Below, in pieces: positions 10,401 to 22,871 of a stretch of 64,000 nucleotides of DNA. How positions within the stretch are numbered: position 1 is the stretch's first letter; each line of letters opens with the position of its first letter. The notes beneath the pieces were generated by a model, which searched no databases, had not been told where the DNA came from, and saw nothing but the letters and a program-made list of their open reading frames with translations. The translations under genes were made by a program, and so were the position numbers. Source of the DNA: Candidatus Bathyarchaeota archaeon (GTDB lineage: Archaea > Thermoproteota > Bathyarchaeia > 40CM-2-53-6); assembly GCA_963833125.1 (NCBI GenBank), contig CAWHWX010000001.1:160001-224000 (forward strand), written 5' to 3'.

Positions 10401-13400
10401 AGGGAGTACGTTACCAACCGTGAAACTACCGCTTACAACTCCAGTACCAACCCTAATCCCACAAGCCGCCGTACCGGACAAGAGTGGACTATGACCATTC
10501 GAATCAAACCCAACCGCTGAGATCGTGCAACTAGTATCGGTAGGCAGGAATCCAGTACCGTTAACTAGGATGTGAGCACCAGTGCGGGCGCTCGCGGGGC
10601 TCAGTGTTATTACGGTCCATTCACCACGTTCAAGACTGCTTGCGCAAAATCACCTGAACTGGGGAAGCAACCGTTATTTCCACCACAGCCCGTAACCTCA
10701 ATCACGTATTGGCCGGGGAGTACATTACCAATCGTGAAACTACCGTTAACAGCTCCACTTCCGACAGTTATGGCACAACCAGCAGTACCTGACAAGAGTG
10801 GGCTATGACCGTTAGCGTCAAAACCAACCGCTGAGACCGTACAACTAGTATCTGTGGGTAGGAACCCAGTACCGTTGACTAGGATGTGAGCACCCGGTTG
10901 ACCAGTCGACGGATTCAAACCAATCACCGGCCCACCCACCACATTCAAGACTGCCTGCGCAAAATCACCTGAGCTAGGGAAGCAGCCGTTATTTCCACGA
11001 CAACCCGTAACCTCAATCACGTATTGACCAGGGAGTACATTACCAATCGTGAAACTACCGCCAACGATTCCACTGCCAACACTTATGACACAAGCCGCAG
11101 TACCCGACAAGAGTGGGCTATGACCGTTAGCGTCAAAACCGACAGCTGAAACAGTGCAACTAGTATCTGTGGGTAGGAACCCAGTACCGTTGACTAGGAT
11201 GTGAGCACCAGTGCGGGCACTCGCCGGACTCAACTTTATCACCGGTCCATTAACCACGTTCAATACTGCTTGCGCAAAGTCGCCTGAGCTAGGGAAACAG
11301 CCGTTGTTCCCAAGACAGCCTGTAATCTCGATAATGTACTGACCAGGGAGAACATTCCCAATCGTGAAACTACCATTAACCACTCCACTACCAACCCTAA
11401 TCCCACAAGCCGCAGTACCAGACAGGAGTGGACTATGGCCATTAGCATCAAACCCAACCGCTGAGACCGTACAGCTAGTATCGGTGGGTAGGAACCCAGT
11501 ACCGTTGACTAGGATGTGCGCACCCGGTTGTCCAGTCGACGGGGCTCAAACCAATCACCGGCCCACTAACCACATTCAACACTGCTTGCGCAAAATCACC
11601 TGAGCTAGGGAAACAACCATTATTCCCGCTACAACCCGTAATCTCGATTACATATTGGCCGGGGAGCACGTTACCAATCGTGAAACTACCATTAACAACC
11701 CCACTACCAACCTCTATGGCACAAGCGGCGGTACCCGACAACATTGGGCTATGCCCATTAGCATCAAAACCGACACTCGAAACAGTACAACTCGTATCCG
11801 TCGGCAAGAACCCTGTACCATTAACCTCAACATGAACACCAGGCTGACCAGTAGCAGGATTCAAACTAATTTTAGGACCACCCACCACATTCAACAAAGC
11901 TTGAGCTGTGTCGATCTGGAGGTTTGTAGTACTGGTGAACGTGGTGGTAGTAGAAGACGAGGTAGCCGTGGTCGCCGTGGTAGTGCTAGCTGCTAATGTG
12001 GTGGTTACGGTTGAGATAATACCTGAAGAAGCATCGATCTCAATCACATACTGACCTGGGGGTACATTTCCGACGGTGAAACTAGCATTCACAACCCCAG
12101 ATCCTTCCTGAATAATGCAAGCCGCCGTCCCGGCTAAGATTGGATTCACAAGGTTGCTGGAACCACTAACAAGAACGCAAGTCGTGTCTGAAGGAAGGAA
12201 CCCAGTACCATTGACCTCAACATGCGTACCCGGCGCAGTCTGAGGACGGAAACAGGAAAATCGATGGCCCACTGACAACGAAGAGGACAGCTTGCGCAAA
12301 ATCGCCAACGCTCGGGGAACAACCATTGTTGCCTCTACACCCAGTGATCTCAATCACATACTGCCCCGGCTGCACATTAGAGACAATGAAACTAGCATTA
12401 ACGAAACCCGTCCCAGCATTGATGACGCAGCCTTCAGTGCCTGGAACTATCACCTCGAGGGAGGCGGGAATACCCGACACGCTACACGAAGTATCGGTCG
12501 GCAAAAAGCCAGTACCATTAACTGCGATATGGGCCCCAGTACGTGCGGTCGACGGAAACAACTTAATCGCTGGTCCACTCACCACGTTCAATACTGCTTG
12601 CGCAAAATCACCTGAGCTAGGGAAGCAGCCGTTATTTCCACGACAACCCGTAACCTCGATTATGTATTGGCCTGGAAGCACATTACCAATCGTGAAACTA
12701 CCATTAACCACTCCACTACCAACCCTAATCCCACAAGCCGCAGTACCCGACAAGAGTGGGCTATGCCCGTTAGCATCAAAACCAACACTCGAAACAGTAC
12801 AACTCGTATCCGTCGGCAAGAACCCTGTACCATTAACCAGAATGTGCGCACCCGGTTGTCCAGTCGACGGACGCAAGCCAATCACTGGCCCATTCACGAC
12901 GTTCAACACTGCTTGCGCAAAATCACCTGAACTGGGGAAGCAACCGTTATTCCCACCACAACCCGTAACCTCAATAATGTACTGACCAGGGAGAACGCTC
13001 CCAATCGTAAAACTACCATTAACCACTCCACTACCAACCCTAATCCCACAAGCCGCAGTACCCGACAAGAGTGGGCTATGCCCGTTAGCATCAAAACCAA
13101 CACTAGTAACAGTACAACTCGTATCCGTCGGCAAGAACCCAGTACCGTTGACTAGGATATGCGCACCAGGCTGACCAGTTGACGGAGTCAAACCAATGAT
13201 AGGCCCACTAACCACGTTAAGTACAGCTTGCGCAAAGTCACCGACGCTTGGAGTACAGCCGTTATTTCCACGACAACCCGTAATCTCAATAATGTACTGA
13301 CCAGGGAGAACGCTCCCAATCGTGAAACTACCATTAACCACTCCACTACCAACCCTAATCCCACAAGCCGCAGTACCCGACAAGAGTGGGCTATGCCCGT

Positions 13401-14631
13401 TAGCATCAAAACCAACCGCTGAGACCGTACAGCTAGTATCGGTGGGTAGGAACCCAGTACCGTTGACTAGGATGTGCGCACCCGGTTGTCCAGTCGACGG
13501 AGTCAAACCAATCACCGGCCCACTAACCACATTCAACACTGCCTGCGCAAAATCACCTGAACTGGGGAAGCAACCGTTGTTCCCAAGACAGCCTGTAATC
13601 TCGATTATGTATTGGCCGGGGAGAACGTTACCAATCGTAAAACTACCATTAACAACCCCAGTACCAACCCTAATCCCACAAGCCGCAGTACCCGACAACA
13701 GTGGGCTATGCCCGTTAGCATCAAAACCAACACTAGTAACAGTACAACTCGTATCCGTCGGCAAGAACCCAGTACCGTTGACTAGGATATGCGCGCCAGG
13801 CTGACCAGTTGACGGAATCAAACCAATCACCGGCCCACTAACCACATTCAACACTGCCTGCGCAAAATCGCCCGAGCTGGGGTTACAACCATTATTCCCA
13901 CCACAACCCGTGACCTCAATTACGTATTGGCCGGGGAGCACGTTACCAATCGTAAAACTACCATTAACAACCCCACTTCCAACAGTTATGGCACAACCCG
14001 CAGTACCCGACAAGAGTGGGCTATGCCCGTTAGCATCAAAACCAACACTAGTAACAGTACAACTCGTATCGGTGGGTTGGAACCCTGTACCGTTGACTAG
14101 GATGTGCGCACCAGGCTGACCAGTCGAAGGCTTCAAACTAATGATGGGGCCTGACTTCACGGTGAAGATTGCTTGTACGAAGTCGCCGGCGCTGGGAGCG
14201 CATCCAGTGTTCCCGACGCAAGACGTAATCTCGATTACATACTGGCCTGGTAGAACGTTTCCAACCGTAAAGCTTCCCGTAAAATTCCCGTTGTTCGTAC
14301 CCCCGTTTATGGCGCAGGCTGCTTGCGTAATTATGTTTGGATTAGTTGGACTTGAGACAGAGCAACTAGTCTCGAAACCGGTTGTTACAGTCCCACCTGT
14401 TGTCGTGGTGCCACTAATACTCGCGCTCGCGATGGTCCCATTAAACTGAACATCTTCTCCAGTAGGACCCGTAGTCGGAAAGAGATCTAGGAAGTTCGCG
14501 GTTTGCGTGGTTGCAACAGCTTGGGGAACTGGCGTGAACATGTTGGACTGTGCGGTCGTTGCAGCGAATGCGGATAGGACAAGGAGCAGTGTGACTATGT
14601 ATTTGATGCGGCGGAGTTTCAACTCAAGCAC
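7407..14631 (-). CDS. Giant cell-surface protein with ~21 tandem Ig-like (IPT/TIG-like) Cys-rich repeats, Thr-rich stalk and C-terminal TM anchor; one gene split by six single-base indels
   Basis: ORFs 12217..14631, 11475..12353, 10610..11383, 8343..10481, 7910..8314 and 7407..7631 join at indels near 12241(+1), 11543(+1), 10613(-1), 8472(+1), 7947(+1) and 7914(+1); 7225-4=7221 nt = 2406 aa + stop. N-terminal signal peptide; C-terminus PAPGIDSAGLLAALLLLIPMLLRRLFT. Confidence 0.85.
8740..14150 (-). repeat. Coding tandem repeat array, 315-bp (105-aa) unit
   Basis: Unit P.I.L.PSTGQPGAHILVNGTGFLPTDTSCTVS.VGFDANGHSPLLSGTA.C.I.VG.G.VNGSFTIGNVLPGQY.IE.TGC.GNNGC.PS.GDFAQAVLNVV.G recurs about 17 times here, two or three copies divergent. 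Confidence 0.95.
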
Positions 14632-15276
14632 ATCTTTGAAGATAAATGTTGAAGCGATCTTTGACGATATTTAACGAATCTTGACTGAATACGGCAAATT
14701 ATTGACAGACAGACGGCAAAATTTGCTAGATTCTGCTTCATCTGCGGAAGTCGAGACAATTTCGACTTGGTTACCATCATCTGCAGCTGACCGCTCCAGC
14801 GCATGGTATGCCCTGTAAGCTATTTAATTGTTGCTATGTGCAACACATCTACAATATGCCTGTCGAGGCACAACACCTGAGCCGATTGTCACAATCATGC
14901 AAATCCACCACGACGGCACTTGTTAACTTGTACTTGTCTAATGATGGAAAGATGTCAAACTGAGACCACACGATAGGTCACGAATCAGATGCTGAGCACA
15001 TGAGATTCGTCCGCGCAACGTCCAGGGATTAACTGAGGGCAACTCTTCGCCCACGCAGCTGAAGCTAGCAAGTAATCGCCTGATCAGATTCCCGAGGGCT
15101 CTGATTTTGTTATTCAATAAATAGAGGCTTCTCAGCTTAGCAGAAACTCTTCATAATTTCCATGTAATACGACACAGAGGCAACGGGTTTTGTTGTCTCG
15201 CTTGAACTCACCTAATCATTCAAGTTACTTCGTTTGAGGCTCTAACTCGACCACAGCCAATTCACAAGCGAATGGT

Positions 15277-15807
15277 CTACTTCCTAAGTTTGCGTATTTT
15301 GAACCCTACTCCTAAGGACCACAGTCCAAGGAGCAAAAGTGAGATTGCCGGAAGAAAAGTTAACGGCAGCGGAAGATAAGTTGCTAACCCGATTATTCCT
15401 GTAATTATACTCAGATAAGCAACCCACTTGTAACGAACAGCCTTCAATGTTATCAGACCAAAAATCAGCACGCCGACTACAAAAACCGCATTGCCTAGAG
15501 CGTATGCCAAATCATGGGGTAACCTCGTAAGAAAGGATAACGTGAACAAGAGGTCTGCAGCAATTATGACAATCATCCCGAATGCGAAGAGTACCGCTAC
15601 GACTTTTGCAGCAACCTTATGCGCCTTTCGTGTGAAATGGTAAATCGAGGGTATCGCCGCGAGGAAGAGTATAGCGACCAGTGTGATGAGCCAGTGAACC
15701 CCACGCTCGAAGGTCGGAACGAACAAGGCGTAGAAGAGCAGTATGATTCCATTCACGAACAGGCAGGCGCTACCAATTTTGGACAGGGTAACCTTGTCGA
15801 TTTTCAT
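15277..15807 (-). CDS. Hypothetical polytopic membrane protein (DUF4386-like)
   Basis: 176 aa, about six hydrophobic helices; KWVAYLSIITGIIGL pattern. Confidence 0.6.
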   Translation of the reverse strand: MKIDKVTLSKIGSACLFVNGIILLFYALFVPTFERGVHWLITLVAILFLAAIPSIYHFTRKAHKVAAKVVAVLFAFGMIVIIAADLLFTLSFLTRLPHDLAYALGNAVFVVGVLIFGLITLKAVRYKWVAYLSIITGIIGLATYLPLPLTFLPAISLLLLGLWSLGVGFKIRKLRK

Positions 15808-15879
15808 TGAATACCCGATTTACTTCCAGTAATGATGCATTTAACACCTTTCGGGGGCCAAACAGGTGAGGAGTCCGGC

Positions 15880-17088
15880 TTAATTCTGGGTTCCAGTTAC
15901 GAACTTGTATCCTCTTTCCATTTCCTCATCCCAAGAGTTCTGGACTGCTGTCTTCAATCCGTTTTCGAATAGTTCGCTCCTTAATTGGTAGCTGTTGTGT
16001 AATCGCTCGAAGCTTTCTACAATCCCGGTTATGGTAGGAGTACATGAAATGCAATTGTGACCGTTCCTCAGGACAGATCGATGCGCAGGGTGATCATTGG
16101 TAACCACGGCACACCCCGAAGCCATCAATTCGAACGGAATGACTCCTGGATGAAGGGTGAACATTAGGTTAAGGGCTGCATCACACGATCTGTATAGCTG
16201 CGCCGTATCTTCCAATGAGAGAAAACCCAGATGCTTAATCTCCTCTTGAATGTCCCAATGTTCAAGATTTGCCCCAGCCGTCACGATTTCAATCTCGGGG
16301 TGCAATTTCTTTATTCTTTCAAGAGACAGAATTCCTAAATCAAATCCATTTCTGGGCATCAACGGTCTTGCGAAGAAGAAGATTTTCTGCAATTTCTCGC
16401 GCGGCTTCTTCACATCTGGATAGTAGAGAGTTGTATCTACACACGGGTTGAACGCTACCGCCTCTCCGCCATAGGTTTTGACGTACCAGTCTTTGAGGGA
16501 TAGTGCTGTTGTTATTCCTTGAAATCCGAAATGATACGTCAGCTCGGCTAGTGCTGACCGTGGTCCGGCCTCATAGAACAATGCTTCGTTGTCTTGTATG
16601 AAGTAGAATTTGCCAAGGGTGTTGTTGAATTTTAGAAGCGGATAGGCGGTGGTCCAGAATGTCGCGATACTAACCTCGGCATAGGGTATAGAGTTCAACT
16701 GGGGATTGTGATAAGTCCTCGCTCCCCGAAGCGTTGGAAAACGCTCCGTCAATTTCGATGCGATGATATCCTCAGTGCTCGGGTTTTCACCAGTGATGAT
16801 GAAATTGTTGTGTATCCCTTTTCGTTGAAGGTAATCGGCGAATCTGAAGATATTCATTATTCCGGCATAAACTTCGGGAAAATCCGGCACAAACCAATTC
16901 ACAGAGGCAATATTTCGCTTATCCACCTTTTTCCAAGACTCGACAATTCGCTGATTTTCCTTGAGATCACGTTCGGTGAAGTCATCTACAACGAGCTGCC
17001 GATCAATAAAGTGGAACGTACTTCCTGACGTGATCCGATCTGCTGCAGTTACGTCAATTTCCCTTGACAGTTGTCTACTAGAATACAT
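15880..17088 (-). CDS. GT4 glycosyltransferase, WsaF-like (putative rhamnosyltransferase)
   Basis: IATFWTTAY, FYFIQDNEALFY, FFARPLMPRNGFDLG, LYRSCD, HPGVIPFELMASGCAVVTN. Confidence 0.85.
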   Translation of the reverse strand: MYSSRQLSREIDVTAADRITSGSTFHFIDRQLVVDDFTERDLKENQRIVESWKKVDKRNIASVNWFVPDFPEVYAGIMNIFRFADYLQRKGIHNNFIITGENPSTEDIIASKLTERFPTLRGARTYHNPQLNSIPYAEVSIATFWTTAYPLLKFNNTLGKFYFIQDNEALFYEAGPRSALAELTYHFGFQGITTALSLKDWYVKTYGGEAVAFNPCVDTTLYYPDVKKPREKLQKIFFFARPLMPRNGFDLGILSLERIKKLHPEIEIVTAGANLEHWDIQEEIKHLGFLSLEDTAQLYRSCDAALNLMFTLHPGVIPFELMASGCAVVTNDHPAHRSVLRNGHNCISCTPTITGIVESFERLHNSYQLRSELFENGLKTAVQNSWDEEMERGYKFVTGTQN

Positions 17089-17253
17089 GCAGCAGGGCTG
17101 CCAGAAATCGTCGGAGACCGAACTTCTTCAAGTATCGATATCCGAGATCTAATTTCTTGGACATTACATCACGTGAAGATTATTCCGATACTTTTGATCA
17201 AGGCTGAAGCTTCCCACATAAAACCTCGTTGAGCCATGAAACAGAGAGAGCTA

Positions 17254-18718
17254 TCATTTTGAGCGATTTAGGCGCTTTGCAAGACGCCAGCAAACCAATG
17301 AGATAACCGCCACCGCTGACACGAATATGATTACGCGAACGGCGCTAAAATTGCTGCAGCTCGCCAGTACGCAAGACAGAGCTTGTTCAGGACCAGCGAT
17401 TCGCTGCAGAAGTATGTTGTAATCGGGGTAAACGCCAGCTTCGAGGCATGCCCTATAGGCGCGGGAATCCAAGTGATGTAGACAATTTAGATTCATGAGC
17501 ATATTGAAGTACAAACTCACACCCCTCTCAAAACCATCCACATAGCCAAGAAACAGGCTCAACACAAAGAGACCGAGAAAAGTCGTACGACAGTAGCGCA
17601 AACGTGCCGTGAGGGCTAACAGCGAACGATCGCATTATGATCACGAAACCGGGTATCAGGAATAGTACAGAGACCGCCACGTAGCGTGACGAAACCGCTA
17701 GACCAAGACCTGGCAAACCCCAAACCTACCAAACGCGGTTACAACTCCGGATATCACCTGCAAACGCGGCCATCTGCAACCAGGGCGTTAGGAGTGAAAG
17801 CCCGTGCCGGACGGTATAGATTGCCGCCACGAATGCGAGAGAGTATAGGACCCCGACCACGAGACTTCCGAACTCGCTGATTTACAGAGTACATACCAAA
17901 AGACATGGATGAGGAGATTATGGAATATTCAGGGTCATCACTTCGTTCATAGTAGGAGTCCAAGCCCCAAGGCCGGCTCCAAGATAAGCAAAGACGAATT
18001 CGAGGACACTAACCGGATCCAGCGTAAGCGATCCTGAAAATCCTCCTGGAATCCAAAGCTTGAGATACGTTAGGATTGCAACGCCCCCAGCGACCAGCCA
18101 TCCGCACAGAAAGATGAATCTTCCTTCCGCCACTCAGTTTAAGAAAACTTCCTAGTCCGACTGGCCAAACAATCAAACCAAGAAGGCTGGAAAAGGAGGC
18201 TAGATATGCGAATAATAAAGCGATAAAAAACGAAGCCGAGTTCGAGGGATATGCCAAAGGAAATAGATGCTCAAGAGGAAGAAGGCAAGAAAAAGGATGC
18301 CGTCATGTACCATACAAGAGGAGAAAATCCTGAAACATAATTCCCAGATTGCTCAAACAAGAAAAGGAGCCACGAGACAGGCACGATCAGCCAAGTCGAA
18401 TCAGGAACAGTTTCCTTAAGCTAACCTCCACAGGACCACTAGACTCACGTTGATCAGGAACCAGCCCGTCAACATTTCCCAAACGACATTCCATGACGTA
18501 AGAGCAGCGTTGGCTAAGAATCACAAGACTCGGAAAGACAACGAGATGTTCGTTATGGGGAGGATGAGGTAGCTTAACCAAGGCCCGCCTTCGAAGAACG
18601 CTTTAACTAATGGGATAACGTACAATCTCATCCCAAACGATTACGTTAACTCCGAATCTGACAATGAAGATCAACGTCAAGAGAGATGGAAGAACGGCTC
18701 CAAAACTCTCCAAGTCAT
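17254..18718 (-). pseudogene. Heavily frameshifted GT-C-like polytopic membrane protein
   Basis: Motifs recovered in order across frames: FGVNVIVWDE, PHNEHLVVFP, SWLLF..EQSGNY, GLIVWPVG, AVSSRY. Many frameshifts; decay cannot be distinguished from sequence error. Confidence 0.6.
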
Positions 18719-18812
18719 GAAACGCTATCAGACTCCTACGTGCGGTTATCGTATTAGATCAACTTGGTTGAGAGTTATTTCTAATTCTCACTCGTTATAC
18801 GCGAAGGAGAGA

Positions 18813-19307
18813 TCACTTGCGATTGCGGTAGATCCCCCACCATCCAAGCAACATGGATGAATTGTACCTTACTAATTGAAGCGGGATCTCGTCAGGGTCG
18901 ACCAAATTTATATGCGGTGTAACAAGCGGATGGCTTAATCTGATGAAAGAGAGAAATTCTATCAACCAATTCCATTTCTTCTTGGGCGTTGTAACAATAA
19001 GTTTCCCACTCTTCTTTAAGATACGTTTAATCTCAACATAGGCTCTGGGTTCGAGATGCTCGATTGTTTCTACACAAATAATGCAGTCAAACGTGTCATC
19101 CTCGAAACCAGTTTCATATGCACTCTTCCTCTGCAGATAAGGACTCTCTGCGCCATCCGGCAAATTGGGATCTATCCCAACAATGTTGAACCCACGATTC
19201 CTCAATGCGTTTACAAGCCATCCATCACCACAGCCGAGATCCAATATCGCCATGTCAGGAGAGATTTCCTGACAGCAAAGCCTAGTCTCTTCCGATCCGC
19301 GATCCAA
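18813..19307 (-). CDS. Class I SAM-dependent methyltransferase
   Basis: ILDLGCGDG, GID, FDCIICVETIEHL, LKKSGKLIVTTP. Confidence 0.9.
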   Translation of the reverse strand: MDRGSEETRLCCQEISPDMAILDLGCGDGWLVNALRNRGFNIVGIDPNLPDGAESPYLQRKSAYETGFEDDTFDCIICVETIEHLEPRAYVEIKRILKKSGKLIVTTPKKKWNWLIEFLSFIRLSHPLVTPHINLVDPDEIPLQLVRYNSSMLLGWWGIYRNRK

Positions 19308-19637
19308 CCAATAATTGCCAACTAAGCCGCCGCCGAAATCACTTTCTTGTTCTCTCCCCGATTAAAAATGGAAATGAAGAGCTAACCGATCAACGACTGT
19401 GGAAAATTACTATATAAGCGTCCTGCTAACTAGTCTGTTTCTGTCTAGTCAGATTACCGGAGCTTCAGCACCTACGAAACGTCCTCCCTCAACTGCGGAC
19501 CAAGATAGGGAATTGAACGCCCTACTCCAAAATCTTCAGCTAGAACAGCGGAATAGCCGATAGTGGAATAAGTTGAAATATCTACTTCGAAAGCGGGAAT
19601 ACGAAATCATTTAGGATCATCGCCTGAGTGACTCTCC

Positions 19638-21355
19638 ATGGTCCTCCTCTTAGTTGCCGTCGCAGTCTCCGTTCCAATTCTGTATTACATCCCCGGGGCG
19701 GCTGTAATGCGTCTCTTGAAATTGCAACGAGAGAGGATCAACTTGTACTCTTATTCAGTGTCAACTTTGGTCTACGCTTCAGTTGCAATTTTGGGCCACT
19801 TGCTTGGTGTGGGTCAAGTAACCTTGATGGAATTAGTCGTCGAGTTCCACGCTGATTGTTTGCGTGGTTATGCTCGCAGAAGAGGCTTCGGTCAGGAGCC
19901 ATTGTTGGCGAAGCTAAGACCCTCCTTCGTAACCAGGTAATGCTGATTCTGGTCACTGGATTTGTGCTTAGAGTCTTGCTAAGTGGATTGATTTCCGGCT
20001 TTTGGCGAGGAGGAGACTGGTATTTCTTTCATTACGACACCGCTCTGGTGCTGTTATCAAACTCCTGGACTATTGCACCGGATCGCACGCCACTGTTCAG
20101 TCTCATCTGCGCCATGTTTATGTCAGTATTTGGTAGTGAATTTTGGGTAGCGCAGATCGTCGGTGACTTTCTTAACAGCCTATTCTTAATTCCTTCCTAT
20201 TACATCACTAGACAACTTTTCGGAAGAAATACCGCAATAAGCGCTCTCGTATTCTTATCAATTCTCCCCTACTTTTCTTACAACGCGATCTACTTTTGGC
20301 CTAAGCTTTTCGCAGCATACTTCGTGCTGCTCTCTTTCTACGAGCTGCTTGCTATCGTACGTCGAAAACCAGTCAACTGGCCACTTTACATGGTGAGTTC
20401 CGCGTTAGCTGTCCTAGCCCATGAATATGCGCTTTTGTTTGCGATTTCCGGGGTGATTATTGGTCTGGTCTATAGAAAGTTGGATTACTTAGGATTCTTA
20501 CGAGGGGTGATCTGTTTTTCTGTGATTATGTTACCGTGGTGGTTGTACAATCTCACAACATTCGGATCTCCAATTGCCTCGTCATTCAAGTATTATCCGT
20601 TTGCAGTAGGAGGACCTACAGCGATTCCTCCAGCAGTACCTACGGCCGAGTTTTACCAACGATTCTTTGCGACGCCCATTTCAACATTAATTTGGATAAG
20701 AGTGAGTAATCTCCTGGTCACCTACGCTCCCCTTCTCGGGCTTCTTGAGAAGTATGTTGCAATACCATACCTACCCAGAATCGAAGTGGCAACATGGGCA
20801 TTCGAATTCGTATATCAGTTCTATAGCGTTGACACACTTTTTGGTGCGTTGACTATTTCTTTGTCCATCTTTCTGCTGGTTTCCCTTAGACATGCCCGTC
20901 TTAATGTTACACTTAGACTGATTGCTGGCTACGTCGCGATCTCATCAATCCTAATGACTCTTGATTGGGGATGGTTCGTGCGAAGCGAGTTGGGACTTGG
21001 AATCCAGGGATTGTTTCCCGCATTCGCACTCTTGACGATCGTGTCGGTCGCGGGGCTTGAGAGAATTGGTAAGGATCGTGCCTTCGTCTTCATGGGCAGT
21101 ACGTTTGAGATGGTGCTTTTCTACGTTTTCCTGCGAGCAACTGCTAACTCTAATCCGGGCGAACCAGCAGACATCACCTTATACTATCAATTCACCCAAC
21201 ATTGGCCGTTAGCCTTCTTCGTGGTTTTAATCCTAATATTTTACTTTTGTATTCTCGCTGGCTATAACATGCCCTGGAAAACTGTGCCTCTTCTCCGATC
21301 AGGAAATGTTATGGATCGTACCAACAGAGTAGACCAGACGGAGACCATATCCTGA
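19638..21355 (+). CDS. ArnT/PMT-like (GT39/GT83) membrane glycosyltransferase; frameshift near 19850
   Basis: Polytopic; GGDWYFFHY, DRTPLFSL, YFWPKLFAAYF, LAHEYAL, LPWWLYN. ORF 19638..19940 supplies the N-terminal helices. Confidence 0.75.
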
Positions 21356-21390
21356 GATCAATGAGATAGCTTATCAAGCGGACACTGAGT

Positions 21391-22791
21391 ATGCAAACGA
21401 GAATGTTGGTGCGCCGCGATCAAATCGCAATGCTCCTACTAGTTACCATAATTTTGACATATGTTGCTGTTGCGTGCCTTTTCAGTTTCTCAGTACCATT
21501 GTATGAGGCTCCAGACGAACCTCATCATCTGTTGTATGTTGATTTCATCGCTGCACAGCATAGATTACCGAACTTAAACACTCCAGATAGGGCTAGTGTT
21601 CCGAACGAGGGGTATCAGCCTCCGCTCTACTACGCGTTAGCGGCTGGACTGCTTAATCTTCTTGGCAGAAGTCGAGTCGACCCAGTAATACATGCCGAAT
21701 CCCGCCTTTTTTTGCGAACGTCCCTAACGTGCTGAATGCGTACCTTCATTCACCTAACGAGTATCTTCAGCCAGATGCCCTAGTAGTGCACATCATCCGA
21801 CTTTTGTCTGTATTTTGGGGCGCGGTGACAGTATATCTAACCTACAAGATCGCTCGCACTATTCGGCTAACGACTGACGTAGCACTTCTTGCGGCTGCGA
21901 TCAACGCCTTCATTCCGGAGTTTCTCTTTCTAACCGGAACCGTAAGCAATGACAGCATGTCTTGGGCGATGTCCTCATTGGTCCTACTGCTAACCTTACG
22001 CCTGTACATGAACAAAGACGTCGACTGGCACAATGTCCTCTACTTGGGAGCGGCACTCAGTGCGGCTTTACTGACGAAAACGACTTTGATTATTCTCATT
22101 CCCTTCATAATTGCAGTGATCATGCTGAAGGCGACCTTAGGAGAGGGACGACGAATCAGACCCGAACTGCTCAAAGTCACGCTAAGCCTGGTTGTGATGG
22201 TCGCGTTGCTGGCGGGATGGTGGTACATTAGAAGCTTTGTGCTCTACAACGATTTCACGGGGTTGAAGATGAATGCGGAACTCAACCCGTCTCTAATTGT
22301 GAACAGGAGTATCTGGTCACCATACTTTGAGACAGTCTTTCCGATTTGGGTGTTCTATAGCTTCTGGGCAGTTTTTGGATGGATGAACATATGGCCCAGT
22401 ATGGCCTCTGGCCCATATGGCTTCTACTTCGCGTTTTACGGCATGCTCTGCTTGGTAGGAGGAACTGGCGCGATTGTGGAGACCTTTGACCCGTCGGGTA
22501 CGCCGAGTTCACGTTCAACAATAAGACTTACGTTATTGATGCTAATTGGGTTCTTCGTGCTCGCTCTTGCTGCACTCATTGCGTTGAACTTAACGCTGGA
22601 TACGCCCCAAGGCCGATTTCTCTTTGTCGCGATCTCCCCATTTTGCGTTCTCTTGGCTCAGGGATTGAGCCGAGCTGGTTAGAACAAAATCCGACTGGTT
22701 TCCACGCATCGTCCTCTCAGGGTTAGTGGTTGTCATGTTCGCCCTGAGCATTCATTTCTTACTCTTCCTAAGAGCAATCTATACGATATAG
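21391..22791 (+). CDS. GT39/DUF2142-like membrane glycosyltransferase; frameshifts near 21710 and 22670
   Basis: PLYEAPDEPHH, YQPPLYY, IRLLSV, VSNDS, LLTK, WWYIRS, SFWAVFGW, PQGRFLF; final helix is in the shifted frame ending TAG 22791. Confidence 0.8.
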
Positions 22792-22871
22792 GGAGGAATG
22801 TGGCTGTCAATCTGAATAGGCCGAATGTAAGTCCTGCATACGCAAAATACTTCATGGCTTGGTGCCGATAG

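Noticed and set aside
8740-14150. CRISPR array or DGR template/variable repeat pair
   Set aside because: The unit is 315 bp, in frame and protein-coding, with no unique spacers, no cas or reverse transcriptase gene in the window, and variation not confined to adenines.
8046-14449. Many plus-strand ORFs over the repeat gene (e.g. 12326..12985, 13322..13804)
   Set aside because: Antisense shadows of the repetitive minus-strand gene.
14632-15276. Long intergenic region as a possible ncRNA or repeat array
   Set aside because: Only short imperfect palindromes and repeats; no structure I can support. Probably the regulatory region of the giant gene.
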